From a virus, in IMG/VR virus record IMGVR_UViG_3300036768_000279, positions 64,001 through 128,000 of that record: a stretch of 64,000 nucleotides of DNA, one strand, 5' to 3'. The notes below the pieces were generated by a model. That model ran no database searches, was not told the origin of the DNA, and saw nothing but the letters and a program-made list of their open reading frames with translations. Position 1 is the stretch's first letter. Each line of letters starts with the position of its first letter. Shown here in pieces: positions 1 to 10,799 of the stretch. The translations under genes were made by a program, and so were the position numbers.

Positions 1-13
1 CGAAGCCAACATT

Positions 14-397
14 TTGACGGAAATGTTGTGGCTGAATCGCGATCTGCGTACAGACATCTTTCCATGGCGTGGAGATAACGGCAAAGAGTGGGGGCGGTTC
101 GTATCAGCTTTCAAGAAGCTGATGGGACCGTCATTTGGTCTGTCGGCTGAGCAGTTGGCGTTTTACGTTTACAGGTGCAAGCCTCACTACATCAATCCGC
201 CAGAGTTTGCCAAAATGGCGGTCGTGGCCCGCAAGCTATTTCGTCGTTATAATATCGACGAAGTATGTAGACTCTATTCAGATCAACGCCGCGAGTCCAT
301 GAAGCCAGGACTCGAAAAAGCATCATACAAGCAAGAGAAACCGAAGTCATTCCTGACCTTTTTGAAGGAGCTAGAACGTGGCGAAGTCAAAGACTGA
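14..397 (+). CDS. hypothetical protein (frame open to window edge, probably 5'-truncated)
   Basis: ORF overlaps the recA start; no recognisable motif. Confidence 0.6.
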   Translation: MTEMLWLNRDLRTDIFPWRGDNGKEWGRFVSAFKKLMGPSFGLSAEQLAFYVYRCKPHYINPPEFAKMAVVARKLFRRYNIDEVCRLYSDQRRESMKPGLEKASYKQEKPKSFLTFLKELERGEVKD

Positions 398-1538
398 AAA
401 GACAGAAGAGCCTAAGATCGCGGACGCCGTGTCGTTTGGATTTTTTAGCGGTGAAATCACTGATGAAGAAAAGGGTGTGCGGGTCTTCGAGGCCAGCAGC
501 ATGAAAGACCCTGAGCCAAACAAGAGCGGCTCGATTACTTTGGACTACGATCTAGTTGTTCCTTTTCCAGAGGGTCGTATTGTTGAGATCTTTGGGGGGG
601 AAGGTACCGGAAAGACGACGCTAGCTCTTGAAGTGATTGGTCAGGCTCTTACGAGTGATCCCAAGAAGATTGCGTTATTTGTCAATATGGAGAAGAGTTT
701 GAACGTCTCTCTCATGAGAACGATCCGCACCCTTCGTCCATTCATTGATGATGCAATTGCCAAACAAGACGGGTGCCGTCTTTGGATTGTGAACGCAACG
801 ACTGGCGAACAAGCACTCGAAGCACTCAAGCAGTTTGCGTATATGGTACCTCACGGTATTGGTGTTCTTGACTCCATTGATGCAGCACAACCCGAGACTG
901 TTCTTGCTGGCGAGATTGGCGAGAACCGTGTTGGTAATCACGGCAAGCTTATGTCAGACGCCATGCGTAAGCTAGTCGGTATTGCTGAAGCCAACAGTGT
1001 ATGTCTCATCTTCATCAATCAGCTTCGTGACAAGATTACTATGTATGGTGACCCAGCCGAAACTCCTGGCGGCAAGGCTGTGCGATTCTATGCCACACAG
1101 CGTTTGCGTCTCAAGACGCCCACCAAGGCTGATATGATTACCGTTGCAGATGGTGAAGTTATTGGCAAGATGATCAATTACAAGATCATCAAGAACAAGT
1201 TTGCTCCAGAAGGCACAGAGAATTCATTTCCGCTACTCTTCAAGAACGGCATTTTCCGCGAACAGGAACTAGTCATTCAGTGTTGTAATTTTGGCATCTT
1301 GAAGCTTGGTGGCAAGGGTGGCAAACAAGTCTACTTGCCAACTCTAGACAGAAAGTCAAATGAGTTCGTCAAGAAGGGTGGCGAAATCGAGGGCACTTGG
1401 ATGAGTCAATTCAACGCTTCGCGTAAGCTGTTGTTGGATCCAGTCTTGACTTCAAAACTCAATGAAGAACTCATGAAGATCATTAACAGCACTCAAAATT
1501 CATCTGGCACATTTGATGAAGTTCAAGACGCTGAATAA
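378..1538 (+). CDS. recA: RecA-family recombinase
   Basis: GRIVEIFGGEGTGKTT Walker A, VLDSID Walker B, IFINQLR, TPGGKAVRFYA, KIIKNKFAP. Confidence 0.95.
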   Translation: MAKSKTEKTEEPKIADAVSFGFFSGEITDEEKGVRVFEASSMKDPEPNKSGSITLDYDLVVPFPEGRIVEIFGGEGTGKTTLALEVIGQALTSDPKKIALFVNMEKSLNVSLMRTIRTLRPFIDDAIAKQDGCRLWIVNATTGEQALEALKQFAYMVPHGIGVLDSIDAAQPETVLAGEIGENRVGNHGKLMSDAMRKLVGIAEANSVCLIFINQLRDKITMYGDPAETPGGKAVRFYATQRLRLKTPTKADMITVADGEVIGKMINYKIIKNKFAPEGTENSFPLLFKNGIFREQELVIQCCNFGILKLGGKGGKQVYLPTLDRKSNEFVKKGGEIEGTWMSQFNASRKLLLDPVLTSKLNEELMKIINSTQNSSGTFDEVQDAE

Positions 1539-1947
1539 CAAGGAAGTAAGACTTGAAATCTTGCCTAGCCGTTATCCTGTTAGGTCGAGAACTCAGTCTA
1601 AATCGCTAGGGCAATACAATCTAGGACGTACTATTCGAGCGATCTATGGTATGCATGCCTTGCTTCTAGAAGAATTTCCTATTCCAGATGAGCGTCTGTT
1701 TCTTGACTTCTACATGCCACACCACAAACTTGCGTTTGAGTTTCAGGGCGACCAACACGACACATTCAACAAGTTCTTCCATGGCGACAAGAGCGGCTTT
1801 GAGCGTTCTCAAGCACGCGACCAAAGAAAGAAAGCTTGGTGCGTTCTGAACGAGATTATGCTGGTTGAGGTTCGCGGTACGCTATCGACCGACCAACTCA
1901 AAGCTTTAATTCAATCACAAAGAGCGGATCATGAAGAACACGATTGA
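1513..1947 (+). CDS. Vsr/DUF559-like PD-(D/E)XK endonuclease
   Basis: LDFYMPHHKLAFEFQGDQH...RDQRKKAWC pattern. Confidence 0.7.
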   Translation: MMKFKTLNNKEVRLEILPSRYPVRSRTQSKSLGQYNLGRTIRAIYGMHALLLEEFPIPDERLFLDFYMPHHKLAFEFQGDQHDTFNKFFHGDKSGFERSQARDQRKKAWCVLNEIMLVEVRGTLSTDQLKALIQSQRADHEEHD

Positions 1948-2151
1948 AAAATTCTGGCAGAAGGTCGAGCAATGTGTAAGGTGATGTATGGCGAGTCTAA
2001 TCCATCATCTAAACTGACCAAGACAAAGATGCGGTATATGCGATGGCTAAGACATAAAGGATGGACTCTCGCTGCACTGGTTCAAAAATACGGAGTGTCT
2101 ATTGCTACCGTTCATAGAATTGTGCATTATGTTACCTGGAGAGAAGTATAA
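1931..2151 (+). pseudogene. internally deleted HNH homing endonuclease
   Basis: MKNTIEKFWQKV N-terminus, then in another frame GESNPSSKLT...LVQKYGVSIATVHRIVHYVTW (HTH tail); HNH core absent; TAATG overlap with dnaB. Confidence 0.8.
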
Positions 2152-3647
2152 TGTCCAATATTGCAGCCGAGAAGGTATTTTTGGCGGGCGTCATTGCGAA
2201 CCCGACCAAGTTGTTTGACTATCTCGACTATCTAGATGAGAATGACTTTCAGCACGCGGCCACAAAGATGACATTTGAGGCTGTGCGTTCCTTGATTCTA
2301 AACAAGGAAGCGACAAGCCTAACCAAAGCCAAGCTAGTTGCGGAAGCCAGGGCTCTTGGTCACCAGAATTACTTGTCGGCTACCAAGGACGGTAAGTGGA
2401 TTGATGAATTGTACGAAGAAAAGGTTGAGGAGCAAGAACTCACCGAACTCTTCTTGGAGATCAAGCGTCAAACACTGAAAGAGAATTACAAGCGAGCCTT
2501 TGAGGAAACTAGCAATTATCTGACCACTACGTCGGATCCGCTATCTGTTATGATTGGTAGGGTTGAAGACTCTATCATCAGTCAAGTCAATTCACTTGAT
2601 CGTGGCGAGAATGCTCCAGTGCTTCTGACAAAGGGCATCTTCGAGTTCATCGATGATCTGGCAAACGACCCCGGTAATTTAGGTATTGACCTTGGTTATC
2701 CAGTATGGCAGGATCGTATTGGTCAGTTCCGAAATGGTTCCGTAACTTTGGTGGTTGCAACCGCCAAGGCTGGCAAGTCTCAGTTTGCGTTGCGTGCTGC
2801 TCTGAATACCGCACGCAAAGGACTGCCGGTCATATTGTGCGACAGCGAACTTAACAAGAATGACCAGCAAATTCGTTTGGTGGCTATGATGGCCCGCGTG
2901 CCATTTCAGTACATCGAAACTGGTTTCTGGAAGATGACACCAGAGCAGTTGAAGACTCATGGCGTCACTGATGAGCAGCAGATTTCACACATCATGGAGT
3001 GTGGTCGTCGCCTTCGTGATCCAGAGCTACGTCAGCGTGTTCTGGCACTACCTATTACGTACCAATCCATTTCTGGCATGGACGTGCCAGCAGTCATTCC
3101 GCATCTACGTCGTTGGATTCTCAAAGACGTAAAGCCGGATCGTACTACCAAGAACGCACAGTGCCTGGTTGTATATGACTACATTAAGCTCGCTACCATT
3201 ACAGACCTTAAGGCCAATCGCAACATTGCTGAATGGCAGATGCATGGTATCAATGTAGCATTGCTACACGATACCATGAAGCGATACAATATTCCCTGTC
3301 TAGCCTTCGGTCAGACAAATAATGAGGTCGATGAGGGCATTCAGTGCGTTGCCGGTGGTAAGCGTATCAGCGAAAACGTCACGTCAGTCAGTTACTTGAA
3401 GAAAAAGACAGACGATGAAAGAGCGTTTGATGGGAATGGTTCTCACCTTGTACGTGTATTTGCTACCCGTTATGGTGCGGGCACTCCGATTGGTCACATT
3501 AATTTCGATGCTGATCTAAGTTGCGGCGATTTCAAGGAAATCGGACTAAGCACGGTCAACTTCAACGAAGAGCGTCAGAAGCGTCTAGACGAATACAAGA
3601 AGGGCCGCGATGCAAAGAGAAAGAATGATGACGACGAGGATGACTGA
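2151..3647 (+). CDS. dnaB: DnaB-like replicative helicase
   Basis: N-terminal AEKVFLAGVI, Walker A ATAKAGKS, VVYDYIKL, ATRYG. Confidence 0.9.
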   Translation: MSNIAAEKVFLAGVIANPTKLFDYLDYLDENDFQHAATKMTFEAVRSLILNKEATSLTKAKLVAEARALGHQNYLSATKDGKWIDELYEEKVEEQELTELFLEIKRQTLKENYKRAFEETSNYLTTTSDPLSVMIGRVEDSIISQVNSLDRGENAPVLLTKGIFEFIDDLANDPGNLGIDLGYPVWQDRIGQFRNGSVTLVVATAKAGKSQFALRAALNTARKGLPVILCDSELNKNDQQIRLVAMMARVPFQYIETGFWKMTPEQLKTHGVTDEQQISHIMECGRRLRDPELRQRVLALPITYQSISGMDVPAVIPHLRRWILKDVKPDRTTKNAQCLVVYDYIKLATITDLKANRNIAEWQMHGINVALLHDTMKRYNIPCLAFGQTNNEVDEGIQCVAGGKRISENVTSVSYLKKKTDDERAFDGNGSHLVRVFATRYGAGTPIGHINFDADLSCGDFKEIGLSTVNFNEERQKRLDEYKKGRDAKRKNDDDEDD

Positions 3648-4686
3648 AACAGAGAAGAAGGCGTTGCGGAACCACGCGAACCGCAACATTACCTACTTAC
3701 TCGACAAGCTCGCCGTCAGCTATACTGATCGCGGGAATGGACTCATTCAATCTTGCTGCAAGTGTCAACAGCACGGTGGAAATCGCGACAACCCAACTGC
3801 CTTTAGTTGGCGTCCCGATCTAGGCAAGTGGGTTTGCTGGACACACCATTGTGAGGAGTTGCGTGGCAATGACATCTTTGGGCTTGTTAGTAGTATTCTA
3901 GGAACTAACTTTGCAGCGTCGGCTAAATGGATCCATGATCGTTTGGCAGAGAAAAGCGTTGACGTTACACAAGAGGCGGCACCGCCCGAGAATTTACATC
4001 GTGGCACAGCACTACATACCCACGAACCACTCAAAGAAGATAACCTGCGTTTCCTGCAAATGGACCCAGCGTATCTCATTCAGCGTGGATTTAGCAAGGA
4101 AGTTCTACGCGACTACAACGCAGGACTGTGGCAGCGTCCTGGGACATTCATGAATGATCGTGTCGTATTCCCTATTCGCGACCATGACGGATTCTTGGTT
4201 GGCTATACGGGACGCACCATTCATTCAGAACAATACTTCTTGGAAAAGGGCATTGAGTATCGCAAGTGGATTCATGGCCGTCACTACAATCTATGGCCAA
4301 AGCGTGGCGAACTACTTATTAGTTCCTTGCTCTTCAACTTGAATAGAGCCAAGCGGTATATGGGTCATCAGAAGAAGATGATTGTTGTAGAAGGTCCGCT
4401 GGACGGCATGAAACTAGAAATGGCTGGAATACACAATTGGGTGGCAACGCTAGGAACCACTTTTTGTGCCAATCACCGCACCCTTTTGGTCAAGTATGGC
4501 GTAACTGATTTGTACGTCGCATATGACGATGATGAGAACGAGGCTGGCGAGAAGGGCCTCATGCGACTCAAGCGTGTCGTCGGCGACATTTTCAATGTTC
4601 ACAAGGTCGATCTCCTCAACGCACACGATTGCGGCGACCTGACAGTAGAACAACTTCAACTCATTTTCAAGGGGATCGGATGCTGA
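3640..4686 (+). CDS. dnaG: DNA primase (Zn-finger + TOPRIM)
   Basis: CxxH...CxxxxC Zn site, RVVFPIRD..G..VGYTGR, VEGPLD, YDDD; start placed at ATG 3640. Confidence 0.9.
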   Translation: MTETEKKALRNHANRNITYLLDKLAVSYTDRGNGLIQSCCKCQQHGGNRDNPTAFSWRPDLGKWVCWTHHCEELRGNDIFGLVSSILGTNFAASAKWIHDRLAEKSVDVTQEAAPPENLHRGTALHTHEPLKEDNLRFLQMDPAYLIQRGFSKEVLRDYNAGLWQRPGTFMNDRVVFPIRDHDGFLVGYTGRTIHSEQYFLEKGIEYRKWIHGRHYNLWPKRGELLISSLLFNLNRAKRYMGHQKKMIVVEGPLDGMKLEMAGIHNWVATLGTTFCANHRTLLVKYGVTDLYVAYDDDENEAGEKGLMRLKRVVGDIFNVHKVDLLNAHDCGDLTVEQLQLIFKGIGC

Positions 4687-5648
4687 AACTCAAGTCATGT
4701 TCGCCGTCACGTATCAAGACATTTGATATGTGCAAGTTCAAATACTGGCTGACATATCATTGTCCAGATGTAAAACTCAAGTCGAACTGGGGGGCTGCTC
4801 ACGGTTCGCTGCTTCATGACATCTTAGAGAATCTTGCCAACAAAGAAGACACCGATTGGATGAGCCGCTTGTATAGAGGATATGCGGGCGAGCTTTCTAC
4901 TCTAGATCGCAATGGACAGCCCGAGATCATGGAGAGTCCGCTCGTGTGGGCAAAGTCCAAGGACTATCAAGACAAGAAGCCATACTGTGATACATGTCCT
5001 TACAAACAGGAAGAACGCTGCGGTATTTCCAAACAAGCCTTGTCCGAGCTAACTGGATGTCCGCGTTATCTGTTTGATATTTCTGTGTCTATGCTTGAGT
5101 CAACTATCAAGCGTTACCAGGGCGGCATTTGGGACAAGATGCTACGAGACGCCAAGGGCGTACCAATTGGAACAGAGTATTCCTTTGAAATCAAGATCAA
5201 GGGTACCGACGTACCTTTGATCGGCATTCTGGACCTCGTGATCGAGGAAGACCCTGAGACTATTCACATCATTGACTACAAGAGCGGTGCATGGGTACAG
5301 AATTACGCCGAATGTCGTGAGGACATTCAAGTCAAGATCTATTCGATGGCAAGCCGCAAAGAGTTCATTGAAGACGTGAACAATAAGGGCTACAAGTACA
5401 AGAATGTCATTTTGACGTTCGACTACTTTGCCAGCAATCCAATCACCCTCGCTTTTACAGCGGATGAGGACGCTGCCACCGAAGTGTGGACGGCAAACAA
5501 GATCAACGAAATTCAGAACACTAACTGGATCGATCGTATTGTGAGAAGCAATGACGACTTTACCAAGCGTTGGGCCTGGAAGTGTCGATCTCTTTGTGAT
5601 ACGGAAGTGTGTGCTTCCAAGTGGAACGGAAAGTTCAAGGCTGAATAA
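4680..5648 (+). CDS. PD-(D/E)XK RecB/Cas4-like exonuclease
   Basis: SPSRIKTFDMC, GSLLHDILE, GILDLV...IIDYKSG, C-terminal CxxxCxxxxC. Confidence 0.8.
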   Translation: MLKLKSCSPSRIKTFDMCKFKYWLTYHCPDVKLKSNWGAAHGSLLHDILENLANKEDTDWMSRLYRGYAGELSTLDRNGQPEIMESPLVWAKSKDYQDKKPYCDTCPYKQEERCGISKQALSELTGCPRYLFDISVSMLESTIKRYQGGIWDKMLRDAKGVPIGTEYSFEIKIKGTDVPLIGILDLVIEEDPETIHIIDYKSGAWVQNYAECREDIQVKIYSMASRKEFIEDVNNKGYKYKNVILTFDYFASNPITLAFTADEDAATEVWTANKINEIQNTNWIDRIVRSNDDFTKRWAWKCRSLCDTEVCASKWNGKFKAE

Positions 5649-6226
5649 TGATGGCACGAATCTCAAAAGACTGGGTTGACGCATATTTTGCGTATGGCGT
5701 TGACGTTGCTAATCGCAAGGTATTTTTGTTTGATGATGTTGACTCCAATAGCATTGGTGCCGTCATTAAGGGACTTTACTTGATGGAGGCACAAACCGAC
5801 AAGAAGCCGATCGAACTTTTTGTAGGATCTTTTGGTGGCTCCGAGTATGACATGTTCGCCCTGTATGACGTATGTCGCACTCTCGTCAGTCCTATTCATA
5901 CGACGGCTATTGGCAAGTGCATGTCTGCTGCACCATTGCTTGTTGCTGGTGGCGAAGAAGGACATCGTTATGCTACTCCCAATACCATGTTCATGGTACA
6001 CGAAGCATGGGAAGACTTCGGTGCCAAGCGTATGGATGAACTAAAGATCGATCTCAAGCACTATGATGAATTGGCGTATCGCTGGGGCAAGCTTATGGAG
6101 AAGCACAGCAAGAAGTCATCTAAGTTTTGGTTAGATCTTTGCAAAAAGGCTGGCGACACTTACTTCAATGCCGAAAAGGCTTTGGAGTGGGGATTGATCG
6201 ATCATATCTGGGATGAAAAGGAATGA
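5648..6226 (+). CDS. clpP: ClpP-like protease proteolytic subunit
   Basis: SFGGSEY, CMSAA (Ser), FMVHE (His), DTYFNAEKALEWGLID (Asp). Confidence 0.9.
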   Translation: MMARISKDWVDAYFAYGVDVANRKVFLFDDVDSNSIGAVIKGLYLMEAQTDKKPIELFVGSFGGSEYDMFALYDVCRTLVSPIHTTAIGKCMSAAPLLVAGGEEGHRYATPNTMFMVHEAWEDFGAKRMDELKIDLKHYDELAYRWGKLMEKHSKKSSKFWLDLCKKAGDTYFNAEKALEWGLIDHIWDEKE

Positions 6227-6227
6227 T

Positions 6228-6911
6228 ATGGCTAAATCATTGGTACGCATTATTTGTTGGAAGCGTTCACACGTTACCGAATTGGCTATGAACAAGGCTC
6301 AAGAGCAAAAACTTGAGTCTGACATTCCCAAGATGAAGAAGGTCTGTCCAGATTGTAAGCCAGAAAATTGTTCCATCACGATCGTGAATGGTGCTACCGT
6401 CTTCAATCCATCAAAGGCATATCGTTGTGAGCGAGGTCATTTGAGCCTAATCGCTCCGTTAGGTGATCAACTAAACATCTGTTTTGGGCCAGATCGCGAG
6501 GAGTGCGTAAACATTTCCGGTTCGCTGTCTGACTTGCCGAATCTGATTGACACAGGGGACATTGCTTGTAATCATGTAGTGGATGGAAAGCCATGCGACT
6601 GTAAGCTTACGCCTATCGACAACTTCCAGTTGAGCTATCCTTCCGCTCCCGCCATCAAAACTAGAATGCGAATCGGCGATTTGTGGGATCGTCACGGCAT
6701 TGAGCCCGTACGTTCGGGCAACTATGACGGACAAGGTGGCTACAACGAGAGCCGCAGCCAGAAAGCCCACAAGGAGCGTTTGGCACGCATGGCAAGACGA
6801 CGCAATATTTCAAAGGATCGCCAGCCGGGCAAGGTGATCAACAAGGCCACGAAGACGGATTATGGACGCCGCGACAAATCGTCCGTAAATCCAGACAGAC
6901 TAGTCGAATGA
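6228..6911 (+). CDS. Cys-rich hypothetical protein with basic C-terminus
   Basis: CPDC, CERGH, CDC motifs; coupled to dnaE. Confidence 0.6.
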   Translation: MAKSLVRIICWKRSHVTELAMNKAQEQKLESDIPKMKKVCPDCKPENCSITIVNGATVFNPSKAYRCERGHLSLIAPLGDQLNICFGPDREECVNISGSLSDLPNLIDTGDIACNHVVDGKPCDCKLTPIDNFQLSYPSAPAIKTRMRIGDLWDRHGIEPVRSGNYDGQGGYNESRSQKAHKERLARMARRRNISKDRQPGKVINKATKTDYGRRDKSSVNPDRLVE

Positions 6912-9900
6912 ACTTCACACATCTAAGCGTTCATTCTAAAGCGTCGATGCTATATGGATCGGCGAACGTCAATGACATCATCAAGCGTGTCAAGGAATTG
7001 GGGCAAACATCTGTCGCTTTGACGGACTACTCCAATCTCTTCAATGCTATTGAGTTCTATAAACAAGCCAAGGCCGCCGGTATCAAGCCCATTTTGGGCG
7101 TTGATGTCTTCTTCTGTGAAGATGCTGAGCAACTACGCATCCAAAAGGTACGTCAGGTTTCCCACCTGATCTTGTTGGCGGAGACGGACGCTGGATGGAA
7201 GAACATTGCTCGTATTGTTTCAGAAGCAAACAATGAGGTCAATTACTACTACAATCCTCGCGTTGATTTCAAGCTTCTCGAAAAGTACAAAGAGGGTGTC
7301 ATTTGCTTGACGGGTGGCAGTCTTGATGGCGTGATCGCGAAGCACCTGTACGACAAGCCTACAGAAGACGGCACGGGCGTTGAGCCTGCCGCTATCTTCA
7401 AGGCAGAAGGTCTGGTGCGTCGCTTCTTGAAGATTTATGGACCATCCAACTTCTTCTTGGAAGTTCAGTTTACTGGACTGTCTCAGCAAGAACAGATCAA
7501 TGCTCGCTTGCGTGCCATAGCACTCAAGTATGGTATTCGCACTGTTGCAACTGGCAATGTTCACTACGTGCATCAGCATGATGCCGAGTCTCACAAGACA
7601 CTGCTTGCTATGAGCGAGAATGCCTATAGCAAATTGACTTACACAGATTTCTCTCATGAGGAATACTATATCAAGTCTCGTGAGCAACTGCTTGCAGCCG
7701 GTTTGCAAGAAGCAGAACTTGACATCACGAATGAAATTGCCGCACGTTGTAATGTCAATATCGACATTAGTAAGCGTCGTTTACCCAAGTACGCCTTTGT
7801 CCCCGAAGGCAAAACGTCTGACGAATACTTGGCTGAGCTAGCCAACGATGGTTTGTCACGTCTTCCTAAGGTCGCTGGATCCGACCAAGAATATCAAGAC
7901 CGTCTTGATCGCGAACTAAACGACATTCGCGAAATGGGATTCTCTGATTACTTTCTGATCGTTCACGACGTGATTTCATGGGTGCGTAGCAAAGAGATTC
8001 TGCTAGGACGTGGGCGTGGTTCCGCTGGTGGCAGCTTGGTGAGCTACGCACTGGGAATTACAGAGATTGACCCGCTACAGTACGGCCTTATTTGGGAACG
8101 CTTCCTTAACAAGGGACGTGGCGGGTTGCCAGACATCGATACGGACGTTCCGCGTTCCAAGCGTCAAAAGGTTTTGGAGTACATCCGCAACCGTTTCGGT
8201 GCTGGCAACGTTGCACAGCTTGTAACGTTCAATGGTCTACAGGCCAGGGCCGTTCTCAAGGAAGTGTTCCGCGTCTACAATATGCCGTTCGATGAGGCGA
8301 ATAAGATTACGGCACTGGTGCCAGCTAAGAACGACGAGCACGTAGCTATCTCTCTAGATGAAGCTATTGAGTCAGTCAAGGAACTCAAGGAATACTCCGA
8401 GAAATACAAGCCGTGGTTCACGATTGCCCGTGCTCTTGAAGGCTGTTACAAGTCAACCGGCATACACGCGGCTGCTGTAGTTATCTCTGACGTGCCGTTT
8501 GCAGACAGTGCATATCCTCTTACTCGTTCCAAGGACGGCGACCTCATCTTTGGATGGGATATGAATACTGTTGATGCTCTCAGTTTGCTCAAGCTCGACA
8601 TTCTGGGACTCAATACGCTTGACGACATTCAAGTCACTATGGATTTGGTCAAGGCACGTCGCAAGATTGAAATCTCACGCCAAAGTGTGCCGCTTGACGA
8701 TCCGTTGACTTACGCCATGATTGGTCAAGGTTTTACGGTTGGCGTTTTCCAGATCGAAAAGCAGCTTGGTCGTACGTGGAGCAAGAATCTTAAACCCGAG
8801 AATATTGACCAGCTTTCCGACTTGGTATCTCTGATTAGACCAGGGCCTATGGAAAGCGGCATGCATACGCAATACCGTGACGTAAAGATGAGGGGTGCTG
8901 AGCCAACCTACATTCATCCTTCTCTTGAACCGATTCTCAAGAATACATATTCGGGTTTGTTGTATCAGGAACAGGTTATTGAAATCTGTCGTGTACTTGC
9001 TGGCATGTCTCTTATTGATGCCGACAAGGTACGTAAAGCCATGGGCAAGAAGAAGCCCGAAGAAATGAAGAAGTGGCAAGAAGTGTTCACTTCTGGCTGT
9101 AGCAAGAATGGGATTGATCCAGATATCGCATTGTCGATCTGGAGCTATATTGACAAGTTTGCTGGCTATGGCTTCAATAAGTCACACGGCGTTGGTTACG
9201 CCTTGATGGCGTACGAAACAGCTTATCTAAAGGCAAACTATCCGGTTGAATTCTTGTGTGCAAAACTCACAAACTCCGATGGCGAAGCCGAGAAACTGAG
9301 CAGTTTAGTTTATGACGCCAAGCTATTCAACATTGAAGTTACGCCTCCTCGTGTTACGCACGCCAACAAAGACTTCGATGTTGTGACGGACAATCATATT
9401 GCGTTCGGGCTCACGGCCCTTAAGGGCGTTGGCGTTGCAGCCGTTTCCGACATGATCAAGATGTCCAAAGGACTCAAGACATTCGATGAGATCATTTGGA
9501 AGTGGGCAACAACTAAGAGCAAGGTAACAAGTGCTACCATGATGGCGTTCATCAAGGGTGGAGCTTTTGATGACGTTCAAGAACATCGTGTACGCGGCGT
9601 TGCTCGATTGAAGTTGCTCGACAGTCTTACTGACAAGGAACGCGAAAGTATTACACACCTACGTCGAATCGAAACAGACATTACAGACTGGGTGCGTTTC
9701 GTGCGTTCGCTTGCTGACGATGCTAAAGTCGATCAGATTAAAGAGAAGTATGGCGTAGCCATTCCAAATGTGCGTCGTCGTACTACGATTAGAGAACTCC
9801 TACAGGAGTATGATGCTGGAGAACTGTTTGACAGTAAGGCACAGCGTATTGCCTGGGAACAATTCTATCTAGGCATCTCTCTCAGCGGTAGCGAAGCTGA

Positions 9901-10195
9901 CATCTACAAGGCACGCCACAAATGCGTGGACCTCGTAAAAGGTGCTTCCGCTGGCATGACTTTTGAAATTGCCGTATGCATTGATGGCGTTCGAGAGATC
10001 ACCACTAAGAAGGGCGACGCTATGGCCTTCTTGACGGCTCGCGATAACACCTATCAGATGGACAACATTGTTGTCTTCCCGAGAACCTTTGCGGCATGCA
10101 AGGGGCTTTTGGAGTCTGGTAACGTCATTCGGATTAAAGGCAAAGTCGATGATCGTGGATCGTTGATTGCCGACGTTGTGGAAAGACTTAAATGA
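6908..10195 (+). CDS. dnaE: DNA polymerase III alpha subunit
   Basis: PHP-like N-terminus, GRGSAGGS, PDIDTD, KLDILGL, GFNKSH, C-terminal OB fold; no intein apparent. Confidence 0.97.
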   Translation: MNFTHLSVHSKASMLYGSANVNDIIKRVKELGQTSVALTDYSNLFNAIEFYKQAKAAGIKPILGVDVFFCEDAEQLRIQKVRQVSHLILLAETDAGWKNIARIVSEANNEVNYYYNPRVDFKLLEKYKEGVICLTGGSLDGVIAKHLYDKPTEDGTGVEPAAIFKAEGLVRRFLKIYGPSNFFLEVQFTGLSQQEQINARLRAIALKYGIRTVATGNVHYVHQHDAESHKTLLAMSENAYSKLTYTDFSHEEYYIKSREQLLAAGLQEAELDITNEIAARCNVNIDISKRRLPKYAFVPEGKTSDEYLAELANDGLSRLPKVAGSDQEYQDRLDRELNDIREMGFSDYFLIVHDVISWVRSKEILLGRGRGSAGGSLVSYALGITEIDPLQYGLIWERFLNKGRGGLPDIDTDVPRSKRQKVLEYIRNRFGAGNVAQLVTFNGLQARAVLKEVFRVYNMPFDEANKITALVPAKNDEHVAISLDEAIESVKELKEYSEKYKPWFTIARALEGCYKSTGIHAAAVVISDVPFADSAYPLTRSKDGDLIFGWDMNTVDALSLLKLDILGLNTLDDIQVTMDLVKARRKIEISRQSVPLDDPLTYAMIGQGFTVGVFQIEKQLGRTWSKNLKPENIDQLSDLVSLIRPGPMESGMHTQYRDVKMRGAEPTYIHPSLEPILKNTYSGLLYQEQVIEICRVLAGMSLIDADKVRKAMGKKKPEEMKKWQEVFTSGCSKNGIDPDIALSIWSYIDKFAGYGFNKSHGVGYALMAYETAYLKANYPVEFLCAKLTNSDGEAEKLSSLVYDAKLFNIEVTPPRVTHANKDFDVVTDNHIAFGLTALKGVGVAAVSDMIKMSKGLKTFDEIIWKWATTKSKVTSATMMAFIKGGAFDDVQEHRVRGVARLKLLDSLTDKERESITHLRRIETDITDWVRFVRSLADDAKVDQIKEKYGVAIPNVRRRTTIRELLQEYDAGELFDSKAQRIAWEQFYLGISLSGSEADIYKARHKCVDLVKGASAGMTFEIAVCIDGVREITTKKGDAMAFLTARDNTYQMDNIVVFPRTFAACKGLLESGNVIRIKGKVDDRGSLIADVVERLK

Positions 10196-10407
10196 ACTAC
10201 GAATACGACTTTCACGACATTGGTCTAACTGAGGATCAGCGTCGGCTTGTTGACCTTGGAATGGTCAAGGTTGAGGACATCAGTGCCCGAATCAAAGAAA
10301 TCGTGAACGAACGGGCTAAGCAAGGATGGGAACCGCTCTACCCATTCACTGTGCCACTTCTGTGGTTCAGACGCATTCCTCCTACTCAAAAACGTAAAAT
10401 TCGCTGA
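10192..10407 (+). CDS. small DUF4177-like protein
   Basis: YEY...VNERAKQGWE...LWFRR pattern. Confidence 0.5.
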   Translation: MNYEYDFHDIGLTEDQRRLVDLGMVKVEDISARIKEIVNERAKQGWEPLYPFTVPLLWFRRIPPTQKRKIR

Positions 10408-10433
10408 CAGTCTAGTCAGTCGGTGTCATCATA

Positions 10434-10799
10434 ATGTTTGACTATGCAACGGTCCATATGCTTGGACGGGCTACTGGCGAAGCAGCCTTTTCAAGATCGG
10501 AAGATGGTCGCATTGTGAAGGCTGTATTCACAATAGCGTGTAACGTACCAATACAGCGTAACAACGAAAAGATCGCCAAGACTATCTATCGTACAGTCAT
10601 GGTGATCGGATCATATGCCAACTACGTAAGCAAGTGCCAAGAAGAGGACGGCCTCAAGGGACGCTTGATAAGCGTTGTTGGAATCATGGATGACGAAAAG
10701 TATACGGAAAATGGCGTCGATCGATACCGAGAAGTTACTCGCGTGTCACCAAGCGGATTCATCAAGATCATGGACCGGAGGGTGAGACATGATGGTTGA
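10434..10799 (+). CDS. divergent SSB-like OB-fold protein
   Basis: VHMLGR, FTIACN, LKGRLISVVG, YTENGVDRY; no acidic tail. Confidence 0.6.
   Translation: MFDYATVHMLGRATGEAAFSRSEDGRIVKAVFTIACNVPIQRNNEKIAKTIYRTVMVIGSYANYVSKCQEEDGLKGRLISVVGIMDDEKYTENGVDRYREVTRVSPSGFIKIMDRRVRHDG

Noticed and set aside
4680-5648. Cas4-like nuclease as evidence of CRISPR-Cas
   Set aside because: No repeat-spacer array or other cas gene seen; such nucleases are common in phage replication modules.
10404-10432. Promoter CTGACA-N17-CATCAT with a small inverted repeat
   Set aside because: It fits the consensus seen at 36462, but the -10 box abuts the ATG at 10434, so it cannot serve that gene; left unassigned.
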